From: the human T2T-CHM13v2.0 reference genome, Homo sapiens
Strand: one strand, 5' to 3'
Assembly: GCF_009914755.1 (NCBI RefSeq)
Contig: NC_060931.1
Length of the DNA stretch: 64,000 nt
Part shown: positions 36,225-46,196 of the stretch, piece by piece
Layout: each line of letters opens with the position of its first letter
How positions within the stretch are numbered: position 1 is the first letter of the stretch
Translations under genes and position numbers: made by a program
Notes under the pieces: model-generated
Told to the model about the DNA's origin: nothing
The model's input: the letters and a program-made list of their open reading frames with translations, nothing else
The model's database searches: none

Positions 36225-37055
36225 ATCTCCTATTTGTTCTGTTCCTCTAGAGAACCATGACTAATACAGAAGCTGAGGTGTTAGGTGTTATTTCCTAGAA
36301 GGCTTCTTTAAGTGTGTTGACTCGGCTGGGGAAATACCCTTTTTGTCACTTTCTTCCTTCTTTTAGATTGCAAGTGGGAAACAATGGCTGGAGCTGCAGT
36401 ATCTACCTTGAGCCATGAGACGATGTTGTGGCTGGAAGCTACATGCTGGGCTGACAAAGCAGAACACAGAACCCTGGGACCCTAAAGACTGTGGTTTCAC
36501 CAAATCAGTCCTTCCTTTGGGTTTTTGCCTGAGAATGAAGTAAACAAATGTCTATCTTGTTTAAGTCATAGATTTTTTTTTTTAATGTGCTGTTTTCTAT
36601 TAGGTATACCATTTGCCCCTTTAAAAGATCTGGTTGCCTATGTGTGACCAATTAGTAATCTATTGGGATATCGAGTCCATCTGATCATAACCAACCTAAT
36701 CCTTGTACTCTGGCTAGGGGTGTTCCCGGGGATGTTTTGTTGGCAATGACAAGAAAATAGCCCTGTGGCTGTTCCTCGTTGTGATCTGTCTCTTTTTTAT
36801 CCAGCCCTGACCAGGAGGAGGAGCTTCTTACCAAAGTGCTAAGCAGGAATATCAGTTCCCCCTTGGCTTCTCATTTTCTATTAGACCCTTGACTTACTTT
36901 CTTCACTTGTCAAAAGCTAGACATTCTTTATCATCTGTGTATCTCAAAATAAAGCAACAATTATAACTTAAAAAGTCATATCAATATATTTGATAATAGT
37001 GATAGAAAATTCCACTAGTAATGAGTATTTTATCCACGATCATGGTGATTTAGCT

Positions 37056-37263
37056 CAGGGGTTGGCAAATTTCTTCTGTACGTGGTCAGATAGTAAATAT
37101 TTTAGGCTTTGCCGGCCCTGCAGTCTCTGTCACATTTACTTGATTCTGCGGTATACAATATATGTAAACAAATTAGTATGTCCATGTTTCCATAAAACTT
37201 TATTTACAAAGAAAAACAGGTGATAGGACTGGATTTGGTCCACAAATAGTATGCCAACGCCTG
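37056..37263 (-). mobile_element. MER58A hAT-Charlie MITE
   Basis: CAGGGGTTGGCAAATTTCTTCTGTA...CAGATAGTAAATATTTTAGGCTTTG ... TAGTATGCCAACGCCTG. Confidence 0.85.
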
Positions 37264-37495
37264 ACCTAAAGGAAAGATCCTGAAGCAAGGGGTAACTGAA
37301 TACTCATGACAGGACCAGGATTTGAGCCTGTCATGTGTGGAGCAGGTGACAGCCGCACACTTGAAACCCACGTGTTAAATAGATCAGAACAGTGGGGCTT
37401 GCAACACCTTCCTGCTGCCGCTCATGGACGACAGTTTCTCTTTGGCAAACCAGCATGGGAAACTGCACAGAGTGGAATACATGCTTTCTCTGGAA

Positions 37496-37608
37496 TACGG
37501 CACCCAATGTCCTGGTTTGTCTGAGACTGAAGAAGTTCCCCGGCTGTGAGAATTTCAGTGCAAAGACCTGGAAAGTCTTGGGAAAACCAGGATGTCGGGA
37601 TCACCCTA
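37496..37608 (-). mobile_element. MER81-like hAT-Blackjack MITE
   Basis: GTCCTGGTTTGTCTGAGACTG...TTTCAGTGCAAAGACCTGGAAAGTCTTGGGAAAACCAGGA...TCACCCTA, internally palindromic. Confidence 0.7.
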
Positions 37609-37784
37609 CTCTGGAATAAAAGACTAATCTTTCTTTAGGGGCCTCTACCTTGGTCTTAAACCATAATTGGAAGCTCAATCAGGGAGTGCGGGAGGGTAAT
37701 AGTGAGAAATAATTTCAGCTAAATAAATATGCTTATGGTACTGTTTAAAAGGAAATCTCAATATACCTAGTGAAAAAGACACCA

Positions 37785-37950
37785 GCCTAAAAGTCAGGAG
37801 GCTTATTTCCTTCTCTACCTCAACTTCTGACCTACTTTGGGACCTTAGACGAATTTGCCTTTTCACCCTGGCACACACTCCCCTCATAGACAAAATGAAG
37901 AAGGTAAATTCGGTCATTTCTAAGAGTCCTTTTAATCCTCAAATTCTAGA
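37785..37950 (+). mobile_element. MIR3/MIRc SINE
   Basis: CCTCATAGACAAAATGAAG...TTTCTAAGAGTCCTTTTAATCCTCAAATTCTAGA resembles the 3' end. Confidence 0.55.
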
Positions 37951-39963
37951 ACCAGATGGTCTTTACTATCTCTTCACACAGGAGCCTTCTATGTCTGTGT
38001 GAATCCATGGTTAGAAACAGGTAATTTTCTTGTAACCCCTAATTCATCTAGGTTTGGATACAAGTTGATTATGGCCATCAAGAAAGGAAAAAATGAAGTG
38101 AATATAAAATTATGGTTTAGATCTGATGAGGTATTAAAAGTCACAGCAAGCTTTTAGTGGCTGTGAATGAATGAATATGGAACACCTAAGGTGACACATT
38201 TGCCCTACCTTTTTGTTGACTCCTTTCCAAACTCTACCAGAATGAAGTTATCCCTTTCTTGGAGTTCTAGCTTACTAACCATCTGTATCACATATTTAAT
38301 GCTTAATCCTTATACTTTATATTGTATTTCTAGCTTTATTGTTTTCAAGAATATATGTATATATTGGACTTTCACTAGGAGGCTGCATTGGGCTAAGAGC
38401 TGTGGAAAAAACGAAAAGAACACCAGATAGTTGTTCTAGTCTCAAGGAATTTATCTGGTAGAGGAGCTAAGAAGAAAGAAAAGTATACGTAAAGGTACAA
38501 AAAAAAAAGGTATTCAATGAGGAATAAAAATGTATATGTTGTGAGGACTAAACACACATTCTGTATTTTTAGGGACAGTACCGTTTTTAAATATTCTGCC
38601 CCTTTGTTTCTACCAAAATCTCCCAGGCATAGCAGCATTCTTGCTTTTCATATCCAGAAGTAGTACGAAATATTTCTGTCAAATTGGGTCTTGAATTTTT
38701 GGAATGAAATGTAGACTTGATTAAGAATCGAAGTAATCAGTATCAGCTGAAGTTATAGGGGTGTCTTTATGGAGGAAGTAGGACTTAGATTTAGAGAGTG
38801 TTAGACCTGATGGAAATTTTAGAAGATGTGTAGCCCAACTCTTTTTGTACAGGCCAGGGAGATGAACTGACACGCCCAGACATAATTCTAAGGCGTAACA
38901 GAGTCAAGGATTGAAGGCAAGCTTTTGATTCTCAGAACAGAGTTTCCACTGTGTACAGAGGTGTCACTCCCAGGATGGACTGGCTTCGTTCCTCGGGATG
39001 TGGTTATTCTGTGCCTACTGTCTTCCTAGTCGGATGAGTGATGAGAACATAACCTTGTCCTTGTTTGTAAATAATGACAGTATGAAACACTGCATGCTAA
39101 TAGCCAAAATTGGATGTATTTGGAAGATCAGGCCATGGAAATGGGCAGTGTTTGAGAGTGGAAGGATGTAGCTGGGGTAGCTTAATAAAGAAGAGAAGAT
39201 GGTGATGGCAGACAGTGTCAGGTGGGAAGGAGGAGCCTTACCCTGGAGCTCCTGGAATGCAAGACAAAGAGCTGAGGCTGACTTACCTAGGCAGATTAAT
39301 ATAATGTGGAGGCATATTATCTGGGTTCAAATCCTGGTTCTGACCTTGGTTTTAAGATCTACTTGGCTCATGCATAAAATGGGTACAATAATAGTATCCC
39401 TCCAGAGGAGAATAATTAGTAGTCCTTTTTTTCCTTGAAAAGAGGATGAACATGACAAAATAAGTATCATATCTTGGAAAGAGAGTCTGAAATGAAACTG
39501 CCCAATGGTTTGAAAACATTTCTTAAGAGAAAATTGGCATAATCCTTAGGAAAAAAATGTATGTGGTATAAAAATCTGAAGACATGAATATGCTGTAAGC
39601 ATCAAAGCATGGACTAGCTTTCTTCCACATGAGTGTGACGTCAGAGTAACGTTAGGTGATACGGAAAGAATAAGACTAATGTGAGGCACACCAAAGGGTT
39701 GGTGAAAGGCTGGGGCTCCCATGTGTGTCTGTGTAGCGCCAACTTGTACCACAAGGTTCACAGGCCTGGAAAGGACACACATGCCGAGCAAGCAAGACTG
39801 ACATTCACAAGAGTCTGGGGGCAAAGAATCAAGCAGATTCTTGAATTAGGGAATAAAAGATGAAGTGCTCAATTAAGGAAATAAAGTTCTGTGGTCTGAA
39901 TGCTTGGGCTTGCATTCAGTTTCTACCACTTATTCACAAAGTCCCTGGTGGCTCTTACTAATC

Positions 39964-40137
39964 TAGGGGTTTCCCCAAATCAGGTGTGCCTAAGAGCCAC
40001 CTGTGGCCTTCACTTAATGCAAAGATTCTGGATTCTGATATTGCAACTCTGTGGTGAGGCCCAGGCGTTTGCAATATAGCAATCCCACAGGTGGCTCTGA
40101 TGTAGATGCTTGTTGGACTGAACTTGGAGAAACCTGC
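39964..40137. mobile_element. MER5B-like MITE
   Basis: GGTTTCCCCAAA...GGTGAGGCCCAGG...CCCACAGGTGGCTCTGATG...TTGGAGAAACCTG. Confidence 0.55.
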
Positions 40138-40217
40138 TTAGAGAGATTGACCTGCTTTAAGCCTCACAATGTTCTCATCTATAGGATATCGATAATGATA
40201 TGATAGCATTCTATACA

Positions 40218-40660
40218 AGTGTGGATTGAATTGTGTCTCCCAAAAAGACATGCTCAAATGCTAATCCCTGTGAATGTAATCTTATTTGAAAATAGGGTCA
40301 TTGCATAAGTAATCAAGTTAAGATGAGGTCATAGTAGATTCGGATGGGCCTTAATCCAATGATTAGTGACCTTATAAGAATGGGAGACAAGACACAGAGG
40401 GTAGGCAGCCACGTGAAGATGGAGGAAGAGATTGGAGTGGTGTGTCTACAAACCAAGGGCCACCGAGGATTGCCTACAAGGACCAGATGCTAAAAGAGGC
40501 AATGAAGAATTTTCCCCTAGAACTTCCAGAGAAAGCATGGCCCTGCAGATACCTAGATTTCAGATTCCATCCTCCAAAACTGTAACAAAATAAATTCTAT
40601 GTTATTTTAAGCCACTCAGTTTGTGGTATGTAGTTATAGCAGCCCTAGGAAAAACATGCA
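40218..40660 (+). mobile_element. MLT1B/C-type MaLR solo LTR
   Basis: GAATTGTGTCTCCCAAAAAGA...GTTAAGATGAGGTCATA...GTGAAGATGGAGG.AGAGATTGGAGTG...TTTTAAGCCACTCAGTTTGTGGTA...GCAGCCCTAGGAAA. Confidence 0.85.
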
Positions 40661-40727
40661 ATACCTTTTGGGGATGTAAAAAAGCCACCTGGATTGTCAT
40701 AATAGTAAATTGGTTCAGCATGGCTAG

Positions 40728-41132
40728 TGTAAGGGAGATGGCTGTGCTTTAGTCAGGAGTAGGCCAAGGCGGCTTTCTGGTGCAGTGTGACTCAGTGGGT
40801 TTGGAGTGCAGGTGTACAACTCCTCATGTTATGTAAGCATGCCTTGTGAGACACTTTAACCACTCACTTGAGCTCATCTTTGGCTTGGCATGACTATTGC
40901 CTGTAAAATGTATAATTACCCTGCTGATGCTGTAATTTGGCTTGCACCCAGGTCACCTTGCACCCAGGCTCACACCCTGGGTTTGTGCCCACATCTTGCT
41001 TGTGTCCACGGCTCTCTCATACCCAGAGAGAGAGAGTAAAAGCCATGTCAAAACTGTCTATGATTCCTCTAGGGTTTTTCCAGCTACCCGCTGCCCCACC
41101 AACTCCCCTTGGACCTCAGTTAGAAGCTAACA
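40728..41132 (+). mobile_element. LTR18 (A/B)-type ERVL solo LTR
   Basis: TGTAAGGGAGATGGCTGTGCTTTAGTCAGGAGTAGGCC start, TATAA box, AGTAAA polyA-like signal, short internal GCACCCAGG repeats, end ...GGACCTCAGTTAGAAGCTAACA. Confidence 0.75.
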
Positions 41133-42213
41133 GCTGACATTTTAAGAAGGTGAAAAGTGCTTGTTTAGTTACTTGTCACATGGTGTCCACTCTCACGTGG
41201 GTATTTCCCATTCATCTTGGATAAATATTAACCTAGGGGTTTTGCACAATGTCCTAAGGGGTCTTGGGGAGAATGACAGGAATTTTGAAAGAACATTGAA
41301 ATGAGCATGTGAAGATACAAGCTCTAGTTCATGGTTTGTGGAGAATGGCCACATCAAGCCAACTTCTGCCTCTCAATTTACTAGTGAAGATGAAGAAATG
41401 CCCTCTTTCTAGGTCTCTTGAACGATCAATGTGATGAATATATCAAATATCTTAATAAACTCTGAAATGCTACACAAATCTAAGGAAGTATTTAATTATC
41501 TTTTAAAGTTTTCAATAGGTTTATACTTGGAAGTTTGCTAAAGGAGTCACTCTTGAAATACTACTTGATCCAGATCTTGCAACTCAGGGCCCTTTCATGT
41601 GAGGAGAAATTTCAAAACAGGCTGATTACAAACCATGGGGGGTTTGTAGGTGATGGGAAGGAGGGAGAAGAAGAGAGGGATTTTGTTGACAAAAGAGCAT
41701 GTGTGCCCTTGAAGGGAGGGTTTTTGAAGATAGCATGGCGCCTGTCTCTGAGGCTACTCCGAGGACTGTGAGTGGGTCTTAGAGCACTGCCTGAAGCAGT
41801 AATGGCAGGGTGGATGTCACTCACCATCTCTGTGAGGTGTTGGGACCAGTATGCCAGGATGGGGGACCACAGGGCAAGGACAGGGCTCTGCCTACTCCAG
41901 CAGAGTGGCTTTGGCCTGATACATGTTGGATACAGAAAGATCAGGGGTGCCCCACAGGAGGCAGCAGTGGGGACAATGGAAACATGCCCATGTGCCAGCC
42001 CATGAGGCCAGACCAGCCAAAGGGTGCTAGATCAGGACAGAAGACAAAGTGGGTGTCTGACACCATGCTGTGGTGGAAAGACTTATCCAGGGATGCTCAT
42101 GATCCTAAGATACCTTTCTGGAAAAGGTTGAGTTTGGGGCAGACTCTAAGGTTGGGAGTGAGTGAGAGAGCCAGACAATGCCGTGTCGAGTTCAACAGTT
42201 CTCTCTCTCTACC

Positions 42214-43102
42214 TGATATGGGCTGGGTTGTGTCTCCTCAAAATTCATATACTGGAATCCTAAACCCTAATTCCTCAGATTGTGACTGTATTTGGAGATT
42301 ATTCTTAAGCACACCCTTAGAATGACCCTGCATGGCATATGCACCTGAATGTTGTTTCAAGCTAGGGAATCTGGAAGTGGACAACCCAGAGATTCATTAC
42401 TTGTCTATGAGGAACATCTGAGCCTAGGCTGATCCTATGGAACATGGGCCATACAGGGGATTGAGGCCCTGAGTTTGGGGTTAAATGAGGGTTGCCAGGG
42501 GAAGGCTGTTAGTGGGAGGGTGTTAAGTGAGAATGCTATAGAAACTGCCTGCAATTTGCAAGCAGTTGTGATTTTCCTGCCCAGCCCACAGCCGCTGGAC
42601 CATTTCTGTATGTAAGGTGGTTCTCCTGTCCAACCCACCACCACTGGACTCTCTCTTCTGTATGTCAGCCCCTAACAAAAGCCCATGTCTCATTGGCTGG
42701 CTCTGAGTCTCTTCTTTGACCTCTTGAACCTGGTGCCTTCCCTACTGAGGTTAATAGGGGTCTGGCACATGAGAGATGGGGCCTTCAAAGAGTAATTAAG
42801 ATAATATGAGGTCATAGTGGTGGGCCCTAATCCAATTTAACTGATGTCTTTAAAAGATGAGGAAGTTTGGGCACATGGTGGAGAGACACTAGACACCTGT
42901 TGCATTCAGAGCAAGACCGTGAAAGGACACAGTGAGAGGGTGGCCGTCTGTAAGCTAGGAAGGCAGGCCTCAGGAAAACCCAAACCTGCTGATACCTTCA
43001 TCTCAGACTTCCAGCCTCTAGAACTATGATAAAGTAAACCTATGTTGTTTGAACCACCCAATCTGTTGAATTTTGTTATGGTAGCCCTAGCAAACCAATA
43101 CA
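42214..43102 (+). mobile_element. MLT1A-type MaLR LTR, split by an ERVL LTR
   Basis: AAAATTCATAT...TGTGACTGTATTTGGAGAT | GGGGCCTT...GGGCCCTAATCCAAT...CAGACTTCCAGCCTCTAGAACT...GCCCTAGCAAACCAATACA. Confidence 0.85.
42300..42772 (+). mobile_element. ERVL solo LTR (LTR32-like) inserted in MLT1A
   Basis: Perfect 5-bp TSD GAGAT (42295-42299, 42773-42777); the 3' part CTCTTGAACCTGGTGCCTTCCCTACTGAGGTTAATAGGGG resembles LTR32. Confidence 0.7.
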
Positions 43103-43649
43103 TGGAGTCATCCTCCTGATTCTCTGTTAAACCCTAAAGGAGATTTCCTTCCCAGAGAAAAGACCTATTCCAAACAATGATGAGACCAGCTTCCTCCCTT
43201 TCCTTCCAGAGTCTCTGAGATGCCCAGGGGAATGGTTGATCTCTTTCCAGCTCCTCATAGTCTGCAGAGTGAACGCAGAACTCCAAGTGTCAGGCCCCAG
43301 GGGAGGCGGCAAGCCGTACTCAACCGAGGGAAGCACGACCTGATTTGAGAATAACAATGTCCGACTCTGGAATTAACAACAGGAAGGAATTTCATGAATA
43401 CTTTCAGAAAGCCATATTGCTTACCCTGTGGGACACATGCTTTCAGTTTTGCCCCCATATTTGCTGTTAGTAAGAGATATCCCTGGGTGTCTATTCTCAG
43501 AATCAGCTACAGTTGGGAAAGGGAGGAGGTGACATTTTTGTCTGAGTTCAAGAATTCAGAGTACCTTTTTCTAGTTCCTCTGCTAATCAAACTGAAAGGG
43601 GACATGGATATTTCCTTTTGGTTTCCACCTTAAAATGTTATAAAGGAAT

Positions 43650-43900
43650 GCAGCGCTGAGATTGGAAAGACAATCCCAGAGTGCAGAAGTAAATGAGTGG
43701 GGAAGAGTGAGATGGGGGAGAGAAGGTGCATCCACAAGCTGCTCACTGCTGTGCCCAGTGGGTTCAATTTCTTTGAGGCCTCTAAGGATCCATGTAGAAT
43801 TCACCTCTGGATTATCCCACCTGATAGTAGGAGGTTGGGCACTTATTCATAGAATCCCATCCTCCACTGGGTGGAAATGCTGCCGACCCTTCCCCCAAGG
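43650..43900 (-). mobile_element. Old ERVL LTR fragment (LTR16-like)
   Basis: ATCCCAG...GAGTGGGGAAGAGTGAGATGGGGA...CACTGCTGTG...CACCTCTGGATTATCCCACC...ATCCTCCACTGGGTGG pattern. Confidence 0.45.
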
Positions 43901-46011
43901 ATCTGGTGAAAGCTATTTACTCTTATTCTCCTGCATCATTAGCCACTAGTCTGGATCCACTTACTCACAAGTGGGAAAGGATACAAAGTGTAAATGAAAA
44001 GAACAAAAAGTCCGTATGGTTTTTCCAACAGAGAGACCATTTTTCTCATCACATTCCAAGATGCTGAACAAACTAGATGCAAGACTTCAGAAACTATTTA
44101 ACAGCAAATTATTGAGTTGGGAAGCAATAATTAGAAAGGAAATGAAGAAAATGGACGTTGGGGGCCTTAATGTGAAATATGACATTGATAAATCAAAGGA
44201 AGCCTTGAATTAGAGATGTGGCTGTTTCAACTGATTACCCAAGATAACTCATATCCTCCATTAACCTCGTCCGTCTTGTTTTGCCTTTGCGAGGACAAAG
44301 AGTATCTTTGCAAATTGCCAGGCCACAGGATTGTGTCTCCCAAATGTTTATTCAAAGGGTGGGGGAGGAAGGGGATGAAGCAGTTGAAAAATAATTTGCT
44401 TGTTAAGCAGCCCAGAGGAATGTTCTCCTTTCCACTGAGTCTGGTGTATTTATGGGAAAGATAATACGAGAAGTTTATGATGGATTTGACAGTAAGGCAA
44501 AAGTAAACAATAAGCCCAGGCTAGAAAAAGTTAGGTTCACATACCTTTACTTTAGATGCTTATCCTAATAGTTGAGCATAAACAAAGTACCACAGGACTG
44601 TGCAAATGACCCTTCATGATCCTTCCTGATCATTCCCAAGCAAATGGGGTTATTTAGGGTACTCTGTTTTTCTGTCTTTTTTTCTTTTCCTGAGAAAGAT
44701 GCCACTAGGGACAAAAGGCATGTTCAGACATTAGCATAGCTATGTGTGTCAAGATTGTTTTGACTCATGTGATGATGTGATGAGAGTCAAAAGGAGACCA
44801 CAGAAGTGGGAATGGAAAAGACCCGACTGGATTATTCCCTTTCAGCCACTCCACCCTTTCTGGCAGGAGAGAGTCCCTCGACAGAAGATGTAACACCTGC
44901 CTTAGCCAAATGTCCTAGGAGTCTGGAAAGTCTGACGATACGACAGAAATTTGAACTGGAGCCACGAGACACCTCACAAAACCCTGTGGGCAGAGGAAAG
45001 GGGTTGAGTTTGTTTTGTGTGTGTTTCCTGGGCATTTTCTACATGTTTTGATGCTTGTTTTATAGCGGGTAACCTTGTTCAAGTTCCTGGAGAATCCCTT
45101 CTGGCCTTTTTCCAGACATGGCTGCTCCCCTGTTAGTCTATCGATAAGTTGTTGCTTTTATGAGTAGAACTGACTGGTGCCTGGGCTCGGGGTAAGTTGG
45201 TTTGGTTTTCTTAGTGACCAAGCGACAGCTCAAGAGTCTTTGTTTCTGCTTAGCTCAGGTCTGATTTTGCAAAATGTCTGAAGGCCCGAGGTCTTCTAGA
45301 GCTAACATTGTCCACCAGAGTGTCTGTCTGTTGGGGGCTGAGACTCTTGCTCACTCATCCTCAAAATTAGCTCTCATTCATCCTCAAACAGCCTCCATAC
45401 TGTCCCCTACATATGCCCTTCTTAACTCCACCTTCAATCTTTAAAAAACTGTGCACAGATTACCACCCTCCTCAATTGTGCTTTACGCTCCTCCTTATTA
45501 TTCAAAATCTCACTTACATTAGTCTCTCCTGAAGAATTCTGCATGTGTTTTCTATAAATTGAGAACTATGTAACCCATTATTTTCCCGATTCCTACCTTG
45601 GTTGCTTAAAAAAATCAGGGCTAAAACTAATGCATATTATTTGGCCTCTTAGTTTTTTGTTGACATGTTTGCTTTCTTTTCTTTCTACATGTTTTCTCCT
45701 ATTTCCATTTTAAGTTTTAATATGTGAATCATTTATTATATGCTTTCTTACATTTTTTAAAATTGGAAGCAGAGGAGAAATAAAGCAAAAACAATAACAG
45801 GATATGGTTTACTTAGCTGACCCTTAGGTCAGCTACAGAAATCAACTCCACCAAATGCACAGCAGGTGTGATATCTTGCTATGGGCCGCCTTGGCCCCTT
45901 GTAGGCACAGTGTGTGCACAGCAGGAGGAGGGCTCCAGTAAGAAGACACACGGCTTCTGCCCAGGGACAATAGACATTCTCCAGCACGCTGGTTGGTGCA
46001 CCTGCTAATCT

Positions 46012-46196
46012 CTTGGTTCTCAAAGTATGGCTTTCAGGTCAGGAGGATTAGCATCATCTGAGAACTTGTTAAAAATGCAAATTCTTAGGTCTCACCCCAG
46101 ACCTGTTGAATCAAAATCTCTGGAGAGAGGCCTAGCACTTTGTGTGTACTGAGCTCTCTGAGGATTCTGATGCACACTCAAGTCTGAGAACCACTT
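46012..46196. mobile_element. MER5A MITE
   Basis: GGTTCTCAAAGT...AGCATCATCTGAGAACTTGTTAAAAATGCAAATTCTTAGG...TGAGAACCACT with TIRs. Confidence 0.85.

Larger units (their letters stand above)
34676..36268 (+). mobile_element. MLT2 (B/D-like) ERVL solo LTR, split by MER44
   Basis: Starts TGTGAGGTTAATTTTAGATGTCAACTTGACTGG and ends AGAACCATGACTAATACA; TSD GAAGA/GAAGC; carries the microsatellite often seen near MLT2 3' ends. Confidence 0.9.
34560..36590 (+). mobile_element. Old MLT1 (J/K-like) MaLR LTR, split by an MLT2 insertion at 34676-36268
   Basis: CTTGCAGCTAGGTATGACCACATGACT...GGCCAATGAGATGGAAG on the left; ATGGCTGGAGCTGCAG...TTGAGCCATGAG...TATCTTGTTTAAGTCA on the right. Confidence 0.65.

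Noticed and set aside
44758-44800. C/D-box snoRNA (GTGATGA within a terminal stem)
   Set aside because: The stem encloses only 17 nt and there is no box D (CTGA) before the 3' arm.
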